Positions 39,984-50,490 of a DNA stretch of 64,000 nucleotides are shown in pieces; position 1 is the first letter of the stretch, and each line of letters opens with the position of its first letter. The stretch comes from an uncultured bacterium (lineage in GTDB: Bacteria > Hinthialibacterota > Hinthialibacteria > Hinthialibacterales > Hinthialibacteraceae). The DNA lies in assembly GCA_964517495.1 (NCBI GenBank), contig CAZFER010000019.1, positions 19,835 to 83,834 of the forward strand, given 5' to 3'. A model generated the notes under the pieces. It was given only the letters and a program-made list of their open reading frames with translations, did not search any database and had not been told where the DNA came from. The position numbers were made by a program, and so were the translations under genes.

Positions 39984-42900
39984 TCACTCCCTCGTCATAA
40001 ATTCGTCTAGATTGATTAAGGTTCTCCCCAGCGCAATCCAGGCAGCGGTCTGTTTCGCATCCGCCTGTTCGGGAACATTTCCACCGCTGATAGAGCGGGC
40101 TTCCTCTGGATTTTTTTCAAAATGCTGCGTCAACTCTGCATAAAGTTGTATCAAACGTGCTCTCTCAATGGTACTCGGCTCACGGCCCAAGCACAGTCGA
40201 AACGCATAATCGATCCGTCGTTCCAAACCACCCTCAACGTTTTCCACAATCCGTTTACCCAACCACTGTGCACAATCAAAGAAAACCGGATCATTCAATA
40301 ATGCAAGCGATTGAAGCGGCGTGTTGGATCGTTCCCGCCGGGTACAGGTAACATTGGCATCCGGCGAGTCAAACGTCATCAACATCGGGTACGGAACCGT
40401 TCGCTGGAAGAAAATATAAAGTCCACGCCGATACCGGTCCGGTGCAGGGCTTTCAGACCAACGCACACTATTGGCATATCCCAAATCAGCGACCCCCTCA
40501 GGCAAGGGCGGCCGAATACTGGGACCACCCAGCTTATCGTATAACAACCCACTAACTGCCAGGCTATTATCACGAATTATTTCAGCCGGCAATCGAAAAC
40601 GGCTCTGACGCGCCAAGTATAAATTTTGTGGATCAATCTCCTGCAGTTTGGAATTGGATTCCGACGATTGCCGGTAAGTGGCCGACATCACAATCAATTT
40701 AATCAGCGCTTTCCGGCTCCAATCCAATTCAATGTATCGATTAGCCAACCAATCCAGCAACAAGGGATGCGAAGGCGGTTTACTTCGTGTCCCAAAATCA
40801 TTGGGCGATTCAACAATCCCACGACCAAACAAATGCTGCCACACCCGATTGGCCGCCACCCGCGCCGTTAATGGATGCTCAGGATCAAGTATCCAGCTCG
40901 CCAGATCCAACCGGTCAACCTCATCACCTTCTGGCTCAAGCGGTGGAAGAAATTCAGGCGTATGCGGTTTAACAACCTTACCCTTGCGCAAAAAATCTCC
41001 ACGAATATGAATATGCGATGTTGGCGGCTCAGGATTCTTCGCCATCGCCATGATATAGGAATCCGGCTTGGCAGGTTGACGTTTAGCGTGTTCATCCACA
41101 CTACGCTTGTACAATGCTAATTCGGGATCAATATGAGAATAAAACGCCGCAAGTTCCTTCTGCTCTTTATCCGTGCGTTTATCTCTCTTTGTTTCTATGA
41201 TGTTTGCAATATGAAAAGGTACCCCATCCGACTTAACCGGCCGTTCTGCATCTGTGGCTAATAACCGAAACCGTTCCAGCGTATGCTCCTTGCCATATTG
41301 CTGTGAAAGTTTGATGGTTAACGTCACATCTCCGTATAAGTCCGAAAATGGTTTCGTTTCAAAAACAGCCACATGGGGACGCTCCGTCTCACCACTGATA
41401 GCCCAGCCAGTTTTTAAATCGCCATCGATAGCATCCTTGATCGGATATTTATCCTGCGCATAATCCACCGTTGGATTATGAAATTCAACCTTCTGCGACG
41501 CAATATCAAACCCATCAAACCTTAACCATGCGCTAAATTCCGACAACACAAAATTACCATGCCCAGCCCGCCCCGGCCCCGAATCTTCATCCACAGGAAG
41601 CACTTCCAGCCGCAGCGCAGTCAAATCACTCAAATTCGTTTTCACCGATAAGATATAAACATCCGCATCAGGTTTTGATCCCTCGGCCTGAATGGAACCA
41701 TCCTCATGCAACTTTAACGCGACACCATTCTCTGTTTGTAATTTAAATGGCTTCAGCACCTGCCATTTCACATTTGAGGGTTTCCACTTGCGTTCCCATT
41801 CACGCTGCCGTTCAGGTAATTCAACTTCTTTGTAGGCTTCCAGCGCTTCCTCGAATTTATCGTGAACCTGATCAAACCGTTCCTTGGCAGCCAGATATCG
41901 CTTCTCTTCACCCGCCAGTGGAACCTTGACGTCTTTTTCCTCCGCTTTATTAAAAAAAGCAAAAAGCCCGTAATATTCCTCCTGGGTAATCGGATCATAT
42001 TTATGGGTATGACATTCCGCACAGCCAACCGTTATACCCATCCAAACCGTACCGGTTGTGTTAACCCGATCCTTGACCGCCTTGATTCGAAACTCCTCCT
42101 GATCCACCCCACCTTCCTTGTTGGTAAGTGTATTTCGATGAAACCCAGTCGCCAGAAGATCCGAATCATCCGCCTCAGGAAGCAAGTCACCTGCCAACTG
42201 CTTGATGGTAAACTCATCATAAGGCATATCCTCATTTATGGCGTTTATCACCCAATCACGATAACGCCAGGCATAGGGCCTTGGAGTGTCCTTTTCATAA
42301 CCATCACTGTCAGCATAACGGGCCAAATCCAACCAATGCCGCCCCCAGCGCTCACCAAAATGAGGCGAAGCCAACAACCGGTCAACCAAATTCTCATATG
42401 CATCCTCGCTGTTATCATTGACAAACACTTCAATCTCATCCGGCGTAGGTGGCAACCCCAACAGATCCAAATGCAAGCGCCGTATCAATGTCTGCTTATC
42501 CGCAGGCTTGGATGGCTTCAATCCTTTCTCTTCCAACTTCGCCAACACAAAAGCATCTATCTCATTCCGAATCCAACTGGCCTGTTTCACCTCAGGAACC
42601 TCTGGATCCTTACGCGGCGAAAACGCCCAATGAACACCACCACTCGTTTTCGTCTCTTTATCCTCAGGTGCCTCTACATCCTCAGTTTCTTCTTCAGTGG
42701 TTTCCTTATTTGTACTCTCCTCTTTAACTTTGGGCTCAGACTCACTCCATTTTGCCCCCTGATCAATCCAGGCTCGCAACAATCCAATCTGCTCATCAGA
42801 CAACGGCTCCCCATCCATCGGCATCGGCGCAATATTCTCCGCCACCCCAGACACCACTTGGATCAACAGACTGTCTGCACTTTTCCCTGGAATTATGGCA

Positions 42901-43160
42901 GGCCCCGAAACACCCCCCTCCTTCAATCGGGATTCCTCATCCAAACGCAAACTGGACATCTGTAACGTTGAACCATGACAGCTTACGCAGTTTTGCGCAA
43001 AGATCGGCTGGATATCCTGCTCAAAATCAACGGTCCGATCAACCACCGGAGGAATCTTTGAACCATCTTGAGCCGCTTGTGCACATACACTCAAGGAATT
43101 CAAAACTAAAACAACGGTAAAGATCGACCCTATCCATTTAAATAATTGCTGACTCTTCAT
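39984..43160 (-). CDS. PSCyt1/DUF1549/DUF1553 domain protein (Planctomycete cytochrome-c-domain family)
   Basis: The ORF track extends to 43319. The internal ATG at 43160 gives the signal peptide MKSQQLFKWIGSIFTVVLVLNSLSVCAQA. CVSCHG heme-binding motif. Lies 4 nt upstream of the DUF1501 gene. Confidence 0.85.
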   Translation of the reverse strand: MKSQQLFKWIGSIFTVVLVLNSLSVCAQAAQDGSKIPPVVDRTVDFEQDIQPIFAQNCVSCHGSTLQMSSLRLDEESRLKEGGVSGPAIIPGKSADSLLIQVVSGVAENIAPMPMDGEPLSDEQIGLLRAWIDQGAKWSESEPKVKEESTNKETTEEETEDVEAPEDKETKTSGGVHWAFSPRKDPEVPEVKQASWIRNEIDAFVLAKLEEKGLKPSKPADKQTLIRRLHLDLLGLPPTPDEIEVFVNDNSEDAYENLVDRLLASPHFGERWGRHWLDLARYADSDGYEKDTPRPYAWRYRDWVINAINEDMPYDEFTIKQLAGDLLPEADDSDLLATGFHRNTLTNKEGGVDQEEFRIKAVKDRVNTTGTVWMGITVGCAECHTHKYDPITQEEYYGLFAFFNKAEEKDVKVPLAGEEKRYLAAKERFDQVHDKFEEALEAYKEVELPERQREWERKWKPSNVKWQVLKPFKLQTENGVALKLHEDGSIQAEGSKPDADVYILSVKTNLSDLTALRLEVLPVDEDSGPGRAGHGNFVLSEFSAWLRFDGFDIASQKVEFHNPTVDYAQDKYPIKDAIDGDLKTGWAISGETERPHVAVFETKPFSDLYGDVTLTIKLSQQYGKEHTLERFRLLATDAERPVKSDGVPFHIANIIETKRDKRTDKEQKELAAFYSHIDPELALYKRSVDEHAKRQPAKPDSYIMAMAKNPEPPTSHIHIRGDFLRKGKVVKPHTPEFLPPLEPEGDEVDRLDLASWILDPEHPLTARVAANRVWQHLFGRGIVESPNDFGTRSKPPSHPLLLDWLANRYIELDWSRKALIKLIVMSATYRQSSESNSKLQEIDPQNLYLARQSRFRLPAEIIRDNSLAVSGLLYDKLGGPSIRPPLPEGVADLGYANSVRWSESPAPDRYRRGLYIFFQRTVPYPMLMTFDSPDANVTCTRRERSNTPLQSLALLNDPVFFDCAQWLGKRIVENVEGGLERRIDYAFRLCLGREPSTIERARLIQLYAELTQHFEKNPEEARSISGGNVPEQADAKQTAAWIALGRTLINLDEFMTRE

Positions 43161-43396
43161 ACTGCTCCCCATAGTAACATTATAAAATTTATCTATTTTG
43201 TCCATATTAAAGCATAATTTTATCGTCCAGTACATGGATAATTCAATAAATTGAAATACATGTGAGTTCATAAAAAACTCTTCTTTTTCATAAATCCAGG
43301 TTACTTCAACAAATACCAAACGTACTAATAGGCGTAGGAAAACCGGTTCTCTTCACCCCACACTGCATAGAGATATGGAGAAACGAATATTCCTCC

Positions 43397-43450
43397 AGGG
43401 AGGGCGACGCAGCCGCCGGGTGCCAAGGGTCAGCCTTGTTGGCTACCCTT
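43397..43450. repeat. fused family B/C repeat (gggagggcgacgcagccgccgggtgccaagggtcagccttgttggctacccttg)
   Basis: Lies in the divergent region between 43160 and 43531. Shares its cores with elements at 10988, 37441, 37571 and 55119. Confidence 0.5.
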
Positions 43451-43608
43451 GAATCCATACCGTTATTATAAGGTGGGCTTTAAAAATGCGTTGTGTGCAT
43501 TCTTAGCCCACCAAATTACACCCCAATCCTATGCTTCAGGTTTGTTTTGTGATACGTTCTTTCGCAGCCAATATGCAAATCAATGACGAATTAAAGGATG
43601 AAACAATC

Positions 43609-44211
43609 ATGGACGAATGGTGGAATTCACTCTCAACTGAACTTAAGTTTTTTTACGGAATTGGCATTATTTCCACCTTCACACTGATCGTGCAGGCGGT
43701 CCTCATGATGATCGGCGGCGATGGTGGAGATGGTGCCGACGTGGATGTTGATACCCCCGATACGGATGGTTTGGGAGAACATCCCAGTGACCTGAATGTC
43801 TTATCCGTCAAAACCATCATCGCTTTTTTCATGGGCTTTGGCTGGATGGGCGTTATTTGCCTTGAAAACAACTACTCACTTGAACTGACCATTCTACTCT
43901 CCAGCACGGTAGGCCTCATTTTTCTGAGCATGATCTATTACTTGATGAAGTCACTCTACGGGCTTCGAGACAGCGGAAACATTCATTACAAAAACGCCAT
44001 CGGCCATATCGCCAATGTTTATATCCCCATCCCTCCCAATCGCTCTGGAGCCGGGCAAGTGGAATTAATGGTCCAGGGACGCGTTCGCTTTGTTTCCGCA
44101 TTTACCCCATCAACCCAAAAGATTAACAGCAACACCCGCGTAAAAGTTGTTGATATTATTGATCCCGCCACTTTATTGGTGGAACCCATCGACAAAATAG
44201 AGGAGAACTAA
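43609..44211 (+). CDS. NfeD-like membrane protein (flotillin-associated, C-terminal OB-fold)
   Basis: The internal ATG start follows an AAGGATG ribosome-binding site. The GGDGGDGADVDVDTPDTDG acidic linker is unusual. It has TM helices and a C-terminal beta domain (GQVELMVQGRVRFVSA). Located 3 nt upstream of the flotillin gene. Confidence 0.6.
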   Translation: MDEWWNSLSTELKFFYGIGIISTFTLIVQAVLMMIGGDGGDGADVDVDTPDTDGLGEHPSDLNVLSVKTIIAFFMGFGWMGVICLENNYSLELTILLSSTVGLIFLSMIYYLMKSLYGLRDSGNIHYKNAIGHIANVYIPIPPNRSGAGQVELMVQGRVRFVSAFTPSTQKINSNTRVKVVDIIDPATLLVEPIDKIEEN

Positions 44212-44214
44212 ATC

Positions 44215-45942
44215 ATGGAATATTTAGCGCTTATCGGCAGTGGTATACTCTTAATTTTTGTGGTCGTATTCACCCTGGCCTCACGCTATAAACGATGCCC
44301 ATCCGACAAGATTCTTGTCGTGTATGGAAAAATCAGCGGTGAAGCCGGCTTGGAAGGCAAAGGCCTGTCCGCCCGCTGTTACCACGGGGGTGGAGCGTTT
44401 ATCTGGCCAATCATCCAGGACTTCGAATACCTCGATCTAACCCCCCTCCCCATCGATATCAAACTGGAAGGGGCACTATCACAACAAAATATCCGAATTA
44501 ACACACCATCAACCTTTACCGTCGGAATCTCCACTGAACCGGGGATCATGGAAAATGCCGCCGAACGCCTGCTCGGCTTGACCATGAACGAAGTCAAAGA
44601 CCTGGCCAAGGATATTATCTTCGGACAGTTACGTGTCGTTATCGCCACCATGCCCATCGAGGAAATCAACGCGGACCGCGAAAAACTGATCGAAAATATC
44701 TATAGCGGCGTCGAAGTTGAACTAAAAAAAATCGGCCTGCGGCTCATTAACGTGAATATTCAGGATATTACCGATGAGTCAGGCTACATTGACGCACTGG
44801 GGAAAGAAGCCGCCGCCCGTGCCATCAACGAAGCCAAAATCAAAGTCGCCGAACAGGAACGCGACGGCGAAACCGGTAAAGCAGGCGCCGAACGCGATCA
44901 GCGTATCAACGTGGCAAGCGCCCACGCTACGGCTGTGGAAGGCGAAAACCTTTCAGCTGTGAAAATAGCGCAGTCCAGCGCTGAACGGCGTGAAAAAGAA
45001 GCCGAAGCCGAACGCTTGGCTGCCGCCGCCGAAAAAGTCAAAGCCGCCCAGGCATTGGAAGAAGCCTACCGCGCTGAAATGAAAGCCGAACAAGAACGCG
45101 CCTCCCGCGAAGAAGCCACCCAGAACGCCAACATCGTGGTACCGGCCACTATCGAAAAACGGCGCATCGAAACCCTCGCCGAAGCCGAAGCCGAAAAAAT
45201 TCGACGCATGAAAAAAGGCGAGGCGGATGGTGTGCTCGCCATGATGGAAGCCGAAGCCGATGGCTTAAAAGCCGTGCTGACTCGCAAAGCCGAAGGGTTC
45301 GCCGATATCGTTCGCGCCTGCGGTGGCACCCCCGAATTAGCCGCCTTGATGCTGATTACCGAACAGATGCCCAAACTGGTCGAAGAACAGGTTAAAGCCA
45401 TTTCCAACCTCAAAATCGATTCTGTCACCGTCTGGGACAGCGGCAAATCAGATGATGGCAAAACCCGAACCGCTGATTTTGTCTCCGGCCTCGTCGGCTC
45501 CCTCCCTCCCCTCCATGACTTAACCAAAAACGTCGGAATTAAACTTCCTGAATACCTCGGCAAACTCAATCAAGCGCCCGAGCCACAAACGCCTTCAAAA
45601 CCAAGCCAGCCGATTCATGCTCAGAATAAAAAACATGATCAACTTCATGGCTTAATCGAACAAAACCTCGAAGCCATTAACACCCATCGAAAAAACAATG
45701 ACGTCGAAGTGGATCACTCCCATGTCCAGGAACTTAAAAACACCGCTCTCCATTGGGCGGAAAAAAGCAAAGAGGAAGGTGCCCCCTGGTATTACGCCAA
45801 AGCAAAAACCATCTCCGGCCCCCACACCTGGCAGGAAGTTATCGATGGCGTAAAAAACCAATCCAACCCCTTCATCCAATTGGAAGGCGCCAAAATCTGG
45901 CTCCCCCTCGATATCGTTCTATTAGCCATGGAAATCGTTTAA
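44215..45942 (+). CDS. flotillin/SPFH (band 7) family protein
   Basis: 575 aa. It has an N-terminal TM segment, an SPFH domain and a long Ala/Glu-rich coiled coil (EAEAERLAAAAEKVKAAQALEEAYRAEMKAEQE). Confidence 0.85.
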   Translation: MEYLALIGSGILLIFVVVFTLASRYKRCPSDKILVVYGKISGEAGLEGKGLSARCYHGGGAFIWPIIQDFEYLDLTPLPIDIKLEGALSQQNIRINTPSTFTVGISTEPGIMENAAERLLGLTMNEVKDLAKDIIFGQLRVVIATMPIEEINADREKLIENIYSGVEVELKKIGLRLINVNIQDITDESGYIDALGKEAAARAINEAKIKVAEQERDGETGKAGAERDQRINVASAHATAVEGENLSAVKIAQSSAERREKEAEAERLAAAAEKVKAAQALEEAYRAEMKAEQERASREEATQNANIVVPATIEKRRIETLAEAEAEKIRRMKKGEADGVLAMMEAEADGLKAVLTRKAEGFADIVRACGGTPELAALMLITEQMPKLVEEQVKAISNLKIDSVTVWDSGKSDDGKTRTADFVSGLVGSLPPLHDLTKNVGIKLPEYLGKLNQAPEPQTPSKPSQPIHAQNKKHDQLHGLIEQNLEAINTHRKNNDVEVDHSHVQELKNTALHWAEKSKEEGAPWYYAKAKTISGPHTWQEVIDGVKNQSNPFIQLEGAKIWLPLDIVLLAMEIV

Positions 45943-45975
45943 CGACCAAATCCCCAGAAATGCTCTACGTATGTA

Positions 45976-45999
45976 GGGGCGAACCTATGTGTTCGCCCC
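45976..45999. terminator. bidirectional terminator hairpin, family E repeat (ggggcgaac-ctatgtg-ttcgcccc)
   Basis: Lies between convergent genes ending at 45942 (+) and 46027 (-). A related copy is at 38461-38487. Confidence 0.6.
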
Positions 46000-46026
46000 A
46001 TTTCATCGTGTTCGCCCCCTGTTGTT

Positions 46027-47502
46027 TCAACTCCCCCTCTCAATCGCCTTCCTCTCCGCCTCCGGATCATAATCCGGATTTTCCCTTTGCGGCACAGGCG
46101 CATGAACCTCTTTCCGCCAATTCTTCATAATCGCATGAAGCTCTTTAACCTGCTCCGGTTTTTCCTCAACAAGATTGTTCCGTTCACCAATATCCTCTTT
46201 CAGGTTATATAACTCCAGCCGCCCATCTTCAAAATACTCATGCAACTTCCAATCTCCCCGGCGAACAACCGTGCCCGGCCGTGTACGAAAAAGCGGATCA
46301 GGCGTATCCACATTTCCATTTTGCAAATAGATGGGAAAATGCCAAAACAAAGCCCTCTCCGGCAGGCTCCCCGTTTGAGTTATTTCCGGCATCAAACTTA
46401 AACCGTCAAGAACCTTATCTTCCGGTTTCTCAATCCCCGCAATATCCAAAAATGTCGGGAAAAAATCAATATTGGAAACCGGCGTGTCATTTCGGCTGCC
46501 CGCTTTTACCTTTCCAGGCCAACGCACAATCATCGGCTCACGAATCCCCCCTTCGTAATACGCCCCTTTCCCCGCACGTAACGGCCACTGCCGCGTAACT
46601 CGAAACACCCCACCATTATCAGACGTAAACAAAACGACTGTATTTTCCGCCAGCCCCAGTTCATCCAGCGATTTCAACAGCCGCCCGATATTGGTATCCA
46701 ACGTCTCAATCATGGCCGCGTAAACAGCATTCGAATGCGCCTTGTTTCCCTCACCTTTTTTATAGTCTTCTATGATATCCTTCTTGGCCTGCAAGGGAGT
46801 ATGAACAGCATAATAAGCCATATGCAAAAAGAAGGGCCGATCCTTATTGGCCTCCATAAAACCAATCGCGTCACCAGTCAAACGATCCGTCAAATATTCC
46901 CCTTCAGGCCCATCCTCCAATTTGCTGTTTTTGTAAGGACTAAAATAACTTTGGGGATGCCCGTAATGGCTGCCGCCAATATTGACATCAAAACCCTGCG
47001 TTCTTGGGTCTTCCCCCAAATGCCATTTCCCTGCATGGCACGTTCTGTAGCCCGCCTGCTGCAATAGTTCAGCAATCGTGATTTTCTCATCCGGCAGCAC
47101 CGTTCTATTCTCCGTCGGGATTAACTTCCTAAACTTCGATCTTCCACGTTCAGATGAACCCACCGTATAGATACCATGCCGGGGCGAATACTGCCCCGTC
47201 ATACTACAGGCACGGCTGGGAGCACAATTCGCCGCCGATGCATACGCATTGGTAAACACCATCCCCTGCGATGCCAACCGGTCGATGTTCGGCGTGCGGT
47301 AAAACTCACTCCCCATAAATCCCGTATCCGTCCACCCCATATCATCGATATTGATATAAACAATATTGGGCTTCTCATCCGCATTCACACGATTCGCATG
47401 TATCAAATTGCTCGATATAAAAGTTCCCCCACCCACAAATGCCATCGTCTTTTTCAAAAATGAACGACGGGTATTTCGCGTGTTTTCCAAATCAAATTTC
47501 AT
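46027..47502 (-). CDS. sulfatase (formylglycine-dependent arylsulfatase family), Tat signal
   Basis: CAPSRACSMTG C-x-P-x-R formylglycine motif. Tat motif (TRRSFLKKTMAFVGGG) from the internal ATG (MKFDLEN...). The ORF track extends the start to 47535. Confidence 0.85.
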   Translation of the reverse strand: MKFDLENTRNTRRSFLKKTMAFVGGGTFISSNLIHANRVNADEKPNIVYINIDDMGWTDTGFMGSEFYRTPNIDRLASQGMVFTNAYASAANCAPSRACSMTGQYSPRHGIYTVGSSERGRSKFRKLIPTENRTVLPDEKITIAELLQQAGYRTCHAGKWHLGEDPRTQGFDVNIGGSHYGHPQSYFSPYKNSKLEDGPEGEYLTDRLTGDAIGFMEANKDRPFFLHMAYYAVHTPLQAKKDIIEDYKKGEGNKAHSNAVYAAMIETLDTNIGRLLKSLDELGLAENTVVLFTSDNGGVFRVTRQWPLRAGKGAYYEGGIREPMIVRWPGKVKAGSRNDTPVSNIDFFPTFLDIAGIEKPEDKVLDGLSLMPEITQTGSLPERALFWHFPIYLQNGNVDTPDPLFRTRPGTVVRRGDWKLHEYFEDGRLELYNLKEDIGERNNLVEEKPEQVKELHAIMKNWRKEVHAPVPQRENPDYDPEAERKAIERGS

Positions 47503-47551
47503 AATAACCTCCCAAAATTTATTCATCCCTTCCAACCTAAGTATAGGCTAA

Positions 47552-47660
47552 GCCATTTGAAGCACCATTCCCCTCCCAAGCCTGGGAGGGGCCAGGGGAG
47601 GGTTGAGAAGTAAATGGTGAGCCAATTCCTTTAGCCCCTCCTAACCTCCCCCCTTTCATT
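47552..47660 (+). repeat. family A composite repeat, copy 2
   Basis: gccatttgaagcaccattcccctcccaagcctgggaggggccaggggagggttga...cctaacctcccccctttcatt, near-identical to 5421-5540. Palindromic core cccctcccaag/cctgggagggg. Confidence 0.7.
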
Positions 47661-48062
47661 CTGATCTTTACCCAATAGTTTAATAAATCCATGCTTTTAC
47701 CCCAACCGGGTTACATAAGATAGCCAGAAATGAAAATAAATAACACCAAAGCCCTGAAAATAAAAACAATCGGTGACCATAAAATCATCCTGACCAGAAA
47801 TACGATTGGGAAAGGATTAATGTTCTCCGGTCTCTTCTCCCCTGCAACCCTTTAGTCCCAAAAGGCGTTTCGCAGCAGTTCAACGAATTCTACCATTGAT
47901 CAACCGTCAATCCACCGATAAAATCAATTTCCGCCTTGAAGATTTAACGAGCAGATTAAACCTAAGGCTGGTTATGTTGAAAAATTCCTTATAAAAAACA
48001 AATGATTTACTTTTACATCATACTGATTATATAATATAATCATTCACGGAGAACTTTCACCA

Positions 48063-48890
48063 ATGAATCAACCAGCAATTATATTTTGCAACTGTGAGTA
48101 TGAAGGATCGCTTCCTGACACTGTCAAACAACCCGTTTTGGATGCATTAACGAAATCATCTATCGATTTTAATTTCGTTTGTGATCTTTGTGGTTTAGCG
48201 GCCCAAAAAGATCAATGGTTCAGCGGGCTTGAACACGATCAAAACTATACGATCATCGCTTGCGCTCCACGCGCGCTTAAATGGTTATTTCACCTGGCCG
48301 GATCAAAAATCCCTGTCAACACGGCTGTCTTAAACATGCATGAGATGAATTCAGATGCTATCCTCCAATCCTTAAACATAGAAAAACCATGCTGCTCAAA
48401 CACACAAAATCATACAGACTGTCAACCCCATGCTGATGATAACTGGATTCCCTGGTTCCCGATCATTGATTACGATCGTTGCACAAACTGTAAACAGTGC
48501 TTGAATTTCTGCCTGTTTAATGTCTATGAACTGGATGATACGAATAAAGTCAGTGTAAGTCATCCAGCCAGTTGTAAAACCAACTGCCCCGCTTGCGCTA
48601 GAGTTTGCCCTGAACAAGCCATCATCTTTCCAAAACACCAATCACCCCATATCAATGGAAGCCTTATCCAACAAGAAGAATCAAAACAAAACGCCAACCT
48701 GAACAATCTTCTTCAGGGTGATTTGCAAGATATTTTGCGAAAACGCAACGCCGGCGCTAAAGGCAATTTCCCTACAATTCAAGATATTACCCTTGCTCAA
48801 GAGGAACGAAAAAAATGCGGTTGCGAATCAGATCCACCTCTTCAAATTGGCCTTATGTCTAACATCAATAAACAAAAGAATCTCAAGTGA
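48063..48890 (+). CDS. 4Fe-4S dicluster (ferredoxin-like) domain protein with an N-terminal Cys-rich domain
   Basis: 275 aa. Cys motifs CTNCKQCLNFC and CKTNCPACARVCP, plus N-terminal CNC...CDLC cysteines. Confidence 0.65.
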   Translation: MNQPAIIFCNCEYEGSLPDTVKQPVLDALTKSSIDFNFVCDLCGLAAQKDQWFSGLEHDQNYTIIACAPRALKWLFHLAGSKIPVNTAVLNMHEMNSDAILQSLNIEKPCCSNTQNHTDCQPHADDNWIPWFPIIDYDRCTNCKQCLNFCLFNVYELDDTNKVSVSHPASCKTNCPACARVCPEQAIIFPKHQSPHINGSLIQQEESKQNANLNNLLQGDLQDILRKRNAGAKGNFPTIQDITLAQEERKKCGCESDPPLQIGLMSNINKQKNLK

Positions 48891-48914
48891 ATAAAGAAGG
48901 GAAAAATATCAAAA

Positions 48915-50435
48915 GTGACTAATTCTTCGTTGAAACCTTCTGTTATACTTGTGGCCGACCGCACACTTTCCAGCAATTACCAAATCCTTTTTGAGGGTAT
49001 TTTTGCCACCATGCAAACCACAAAAGTGCCCGAACTGGCCATGAAACTCCTGGTTTCACCCAAAATGCCCGTAGACCGACAAGGGCGCGCAAAAGCTGTA
49101 CCCCTGGGCCTGCGGCGTTTGGAAGCGGCTCTCATCGAACAAGGCGTTGTGAATGAAAACGATATCGTTTGCACGACTCCCGATGCCTTGGACTCAATTC
49201 TTGGTCCATGGGTAAAAATTGTCGGTGTCAGCTCCAGCGATCCTCTCGGACGGGGAATGAGTAACACCACCACCGTGAAATTTTGGAGTGGAGAACTATA
49301 CACAAAAGTCTGGACCGCCAGAATGATGACCAAACTCAAAAAGGCCAAGGATAAATATCATTTCAAAATGATCGGAGGTGGAGCTGGTGCATGGCAATGG
49401 CAAAACGATCCACAGGAATGCCAAAACCATGGTATCGACTATCTCTTTCTAGGCTACAGTGAATCAAAAGGCGTTCTTTTAATCCGTGATCTGCTCAATG
49501 ACAACGATGCGGCTTTCACAACCGTGGAAAAAGGCAACGCGGCCAGTCACATTCCTAAAATCCGCAACGCTTCTCTCCTTGGTATTATTGAACTTTCTCG
49601 GGGCTGCGGAAAAGGATGCCGCTTCTGCACACTAGCAAAACACCCCATGGTGCATCTCCCCCAAGACACTATCCTATCCGATATTGAAACCAATGTCGCT
49701 CGAGGATTAACCTCCGTTGTAAGCGGTAGCGAAGATTTTTTCCGCTATGGCGCAAACGGCTCCAAAATCAACTTCGATTCACTCCATAAATTATTGACTG
49801 AAATGAAAAATATTAACGGTCTCTCTTTCATGCAGATCGACCACGCCAACATCTCTTCTGTCTTGCAAATGAGTGATCACCAACTCAAAGAAATTCGCAC
49901 CCTTCTCCAATGGAAGAAAAATAGCAATTACCTTTGGATTAACATGGGTGTCGAAAGCGCCAATGGAAATTTAGTCGCTGCCAACAGTGCGGGCAAAATC
50001 CATCCCTTCGATCCATCAAACTGGGAGGATATGGTCAAAGACGCCGTCGCCCGCTTAAGCAGAACAGGTTACTTTCCTGTGCTTAGTATTATCCTTGGTC
50101 TCCCCGGCGAAACAGAAAATGATGTGGACAGAACCATTCAACTTGTTAAAGATATTTCACGCCAATCCGCAGTCGTTTTCCCCATTTTCTATGAACCCGT
50201 GCTCCCCAATGAACCACGCTTCACGCTGGAATGCATGTCTGCCAAACACTTGGAACTTTACACCATGTGTTATGAAATCAATTTCTCACACGTTCCAAAA
50301 ATGTATTGGGACAACCAACGTGCGGGAGGTGTTCCATGGCTCCAACGCGCCTTAGTTCGGCTTTTGGGAAAAACAGAAGTCCGCGCTTGGCGAAAAAAGT
50401 TTAAACAACTGGAATCAACCCTCGCTGTCCAATAA
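48915..50435 (+). CDS. B12-binding domain radical SAM protein (class B rSAM, HpnP/HpnR/HpnJ-like)
   Basis: 506 aa with a GTG start. N-terminal cobalamin-binding-like region (SVILVADRT...KIVGVSSSDPLG). Radical SAM CxxxCxxC motif (IELSRGCGKGCRFCTLAK). Confidence 0.8.
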   Translation: MTNSSLKPSVILVADRTLSSNYQILFEGIFATMQTTKVPELAMKLLVSPKMPVDRQGRAKAVPLGLRRLEAALIEQGVVNENDIVCTTPDALDSILGPWVKIVGVSSSDPLGRGMSNTTTVKFWSGELYTKVWTARMMTKLKKAKDKYHFKMIGGGAGAWQWQNDPQECQNHGIDYLFLGYSESKGVLLIRDLLNDNDAAFTTVEKGNAASHIPKIRNASLLGIIELSRGCGKGCRFCTLAKHPMVHLPQDTILSDIETNVARGLTSVVSGSEDFFRYGANGSKINFDSLHKLLTEMKNINGLSFMQIDHANISSVLQMSDHQLKEIRTLLQWKKNSNYLWINMGVESANGNLVAANSAGKIHPFDPSNWEDMVKDAVARLSRTGYFPVLSIILGLPGETENDVDRTIQLVKDISRQSAVVFPIFYEPVLPNEPRFTLECMSAKHLELYTMCYEINFSHVPKMYWDNQRAGGVPWLQRALVRLLGKTEVRAWRKKFKQLESTLAVQ

Positions 50436-50490
50436 AATAAATTTTCTATTCTATGGCGATTTCTGGTTTAATGGCTTTAAGGAACTATCA

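Noticed and set aside
41862-42965. 367 aa plus-strand ORF
   Set aside because: It is entirely antisense to the well-supported DUF1553/PSCyt gene. Its composition is Arg/Leu/Ile-rich and low complexity, and it has no motifs. This is a typical shadow ORF of a GC-skewed coding strand.
45066-45569. 167 aa minus-strand ORF rich in Ala/Ser
   Set aside because: This is the mirror image of the flotillin Ala/Glu coiled-coil coding region (GCN codon periodicity). It is an artefact of the repetitive coding strand.
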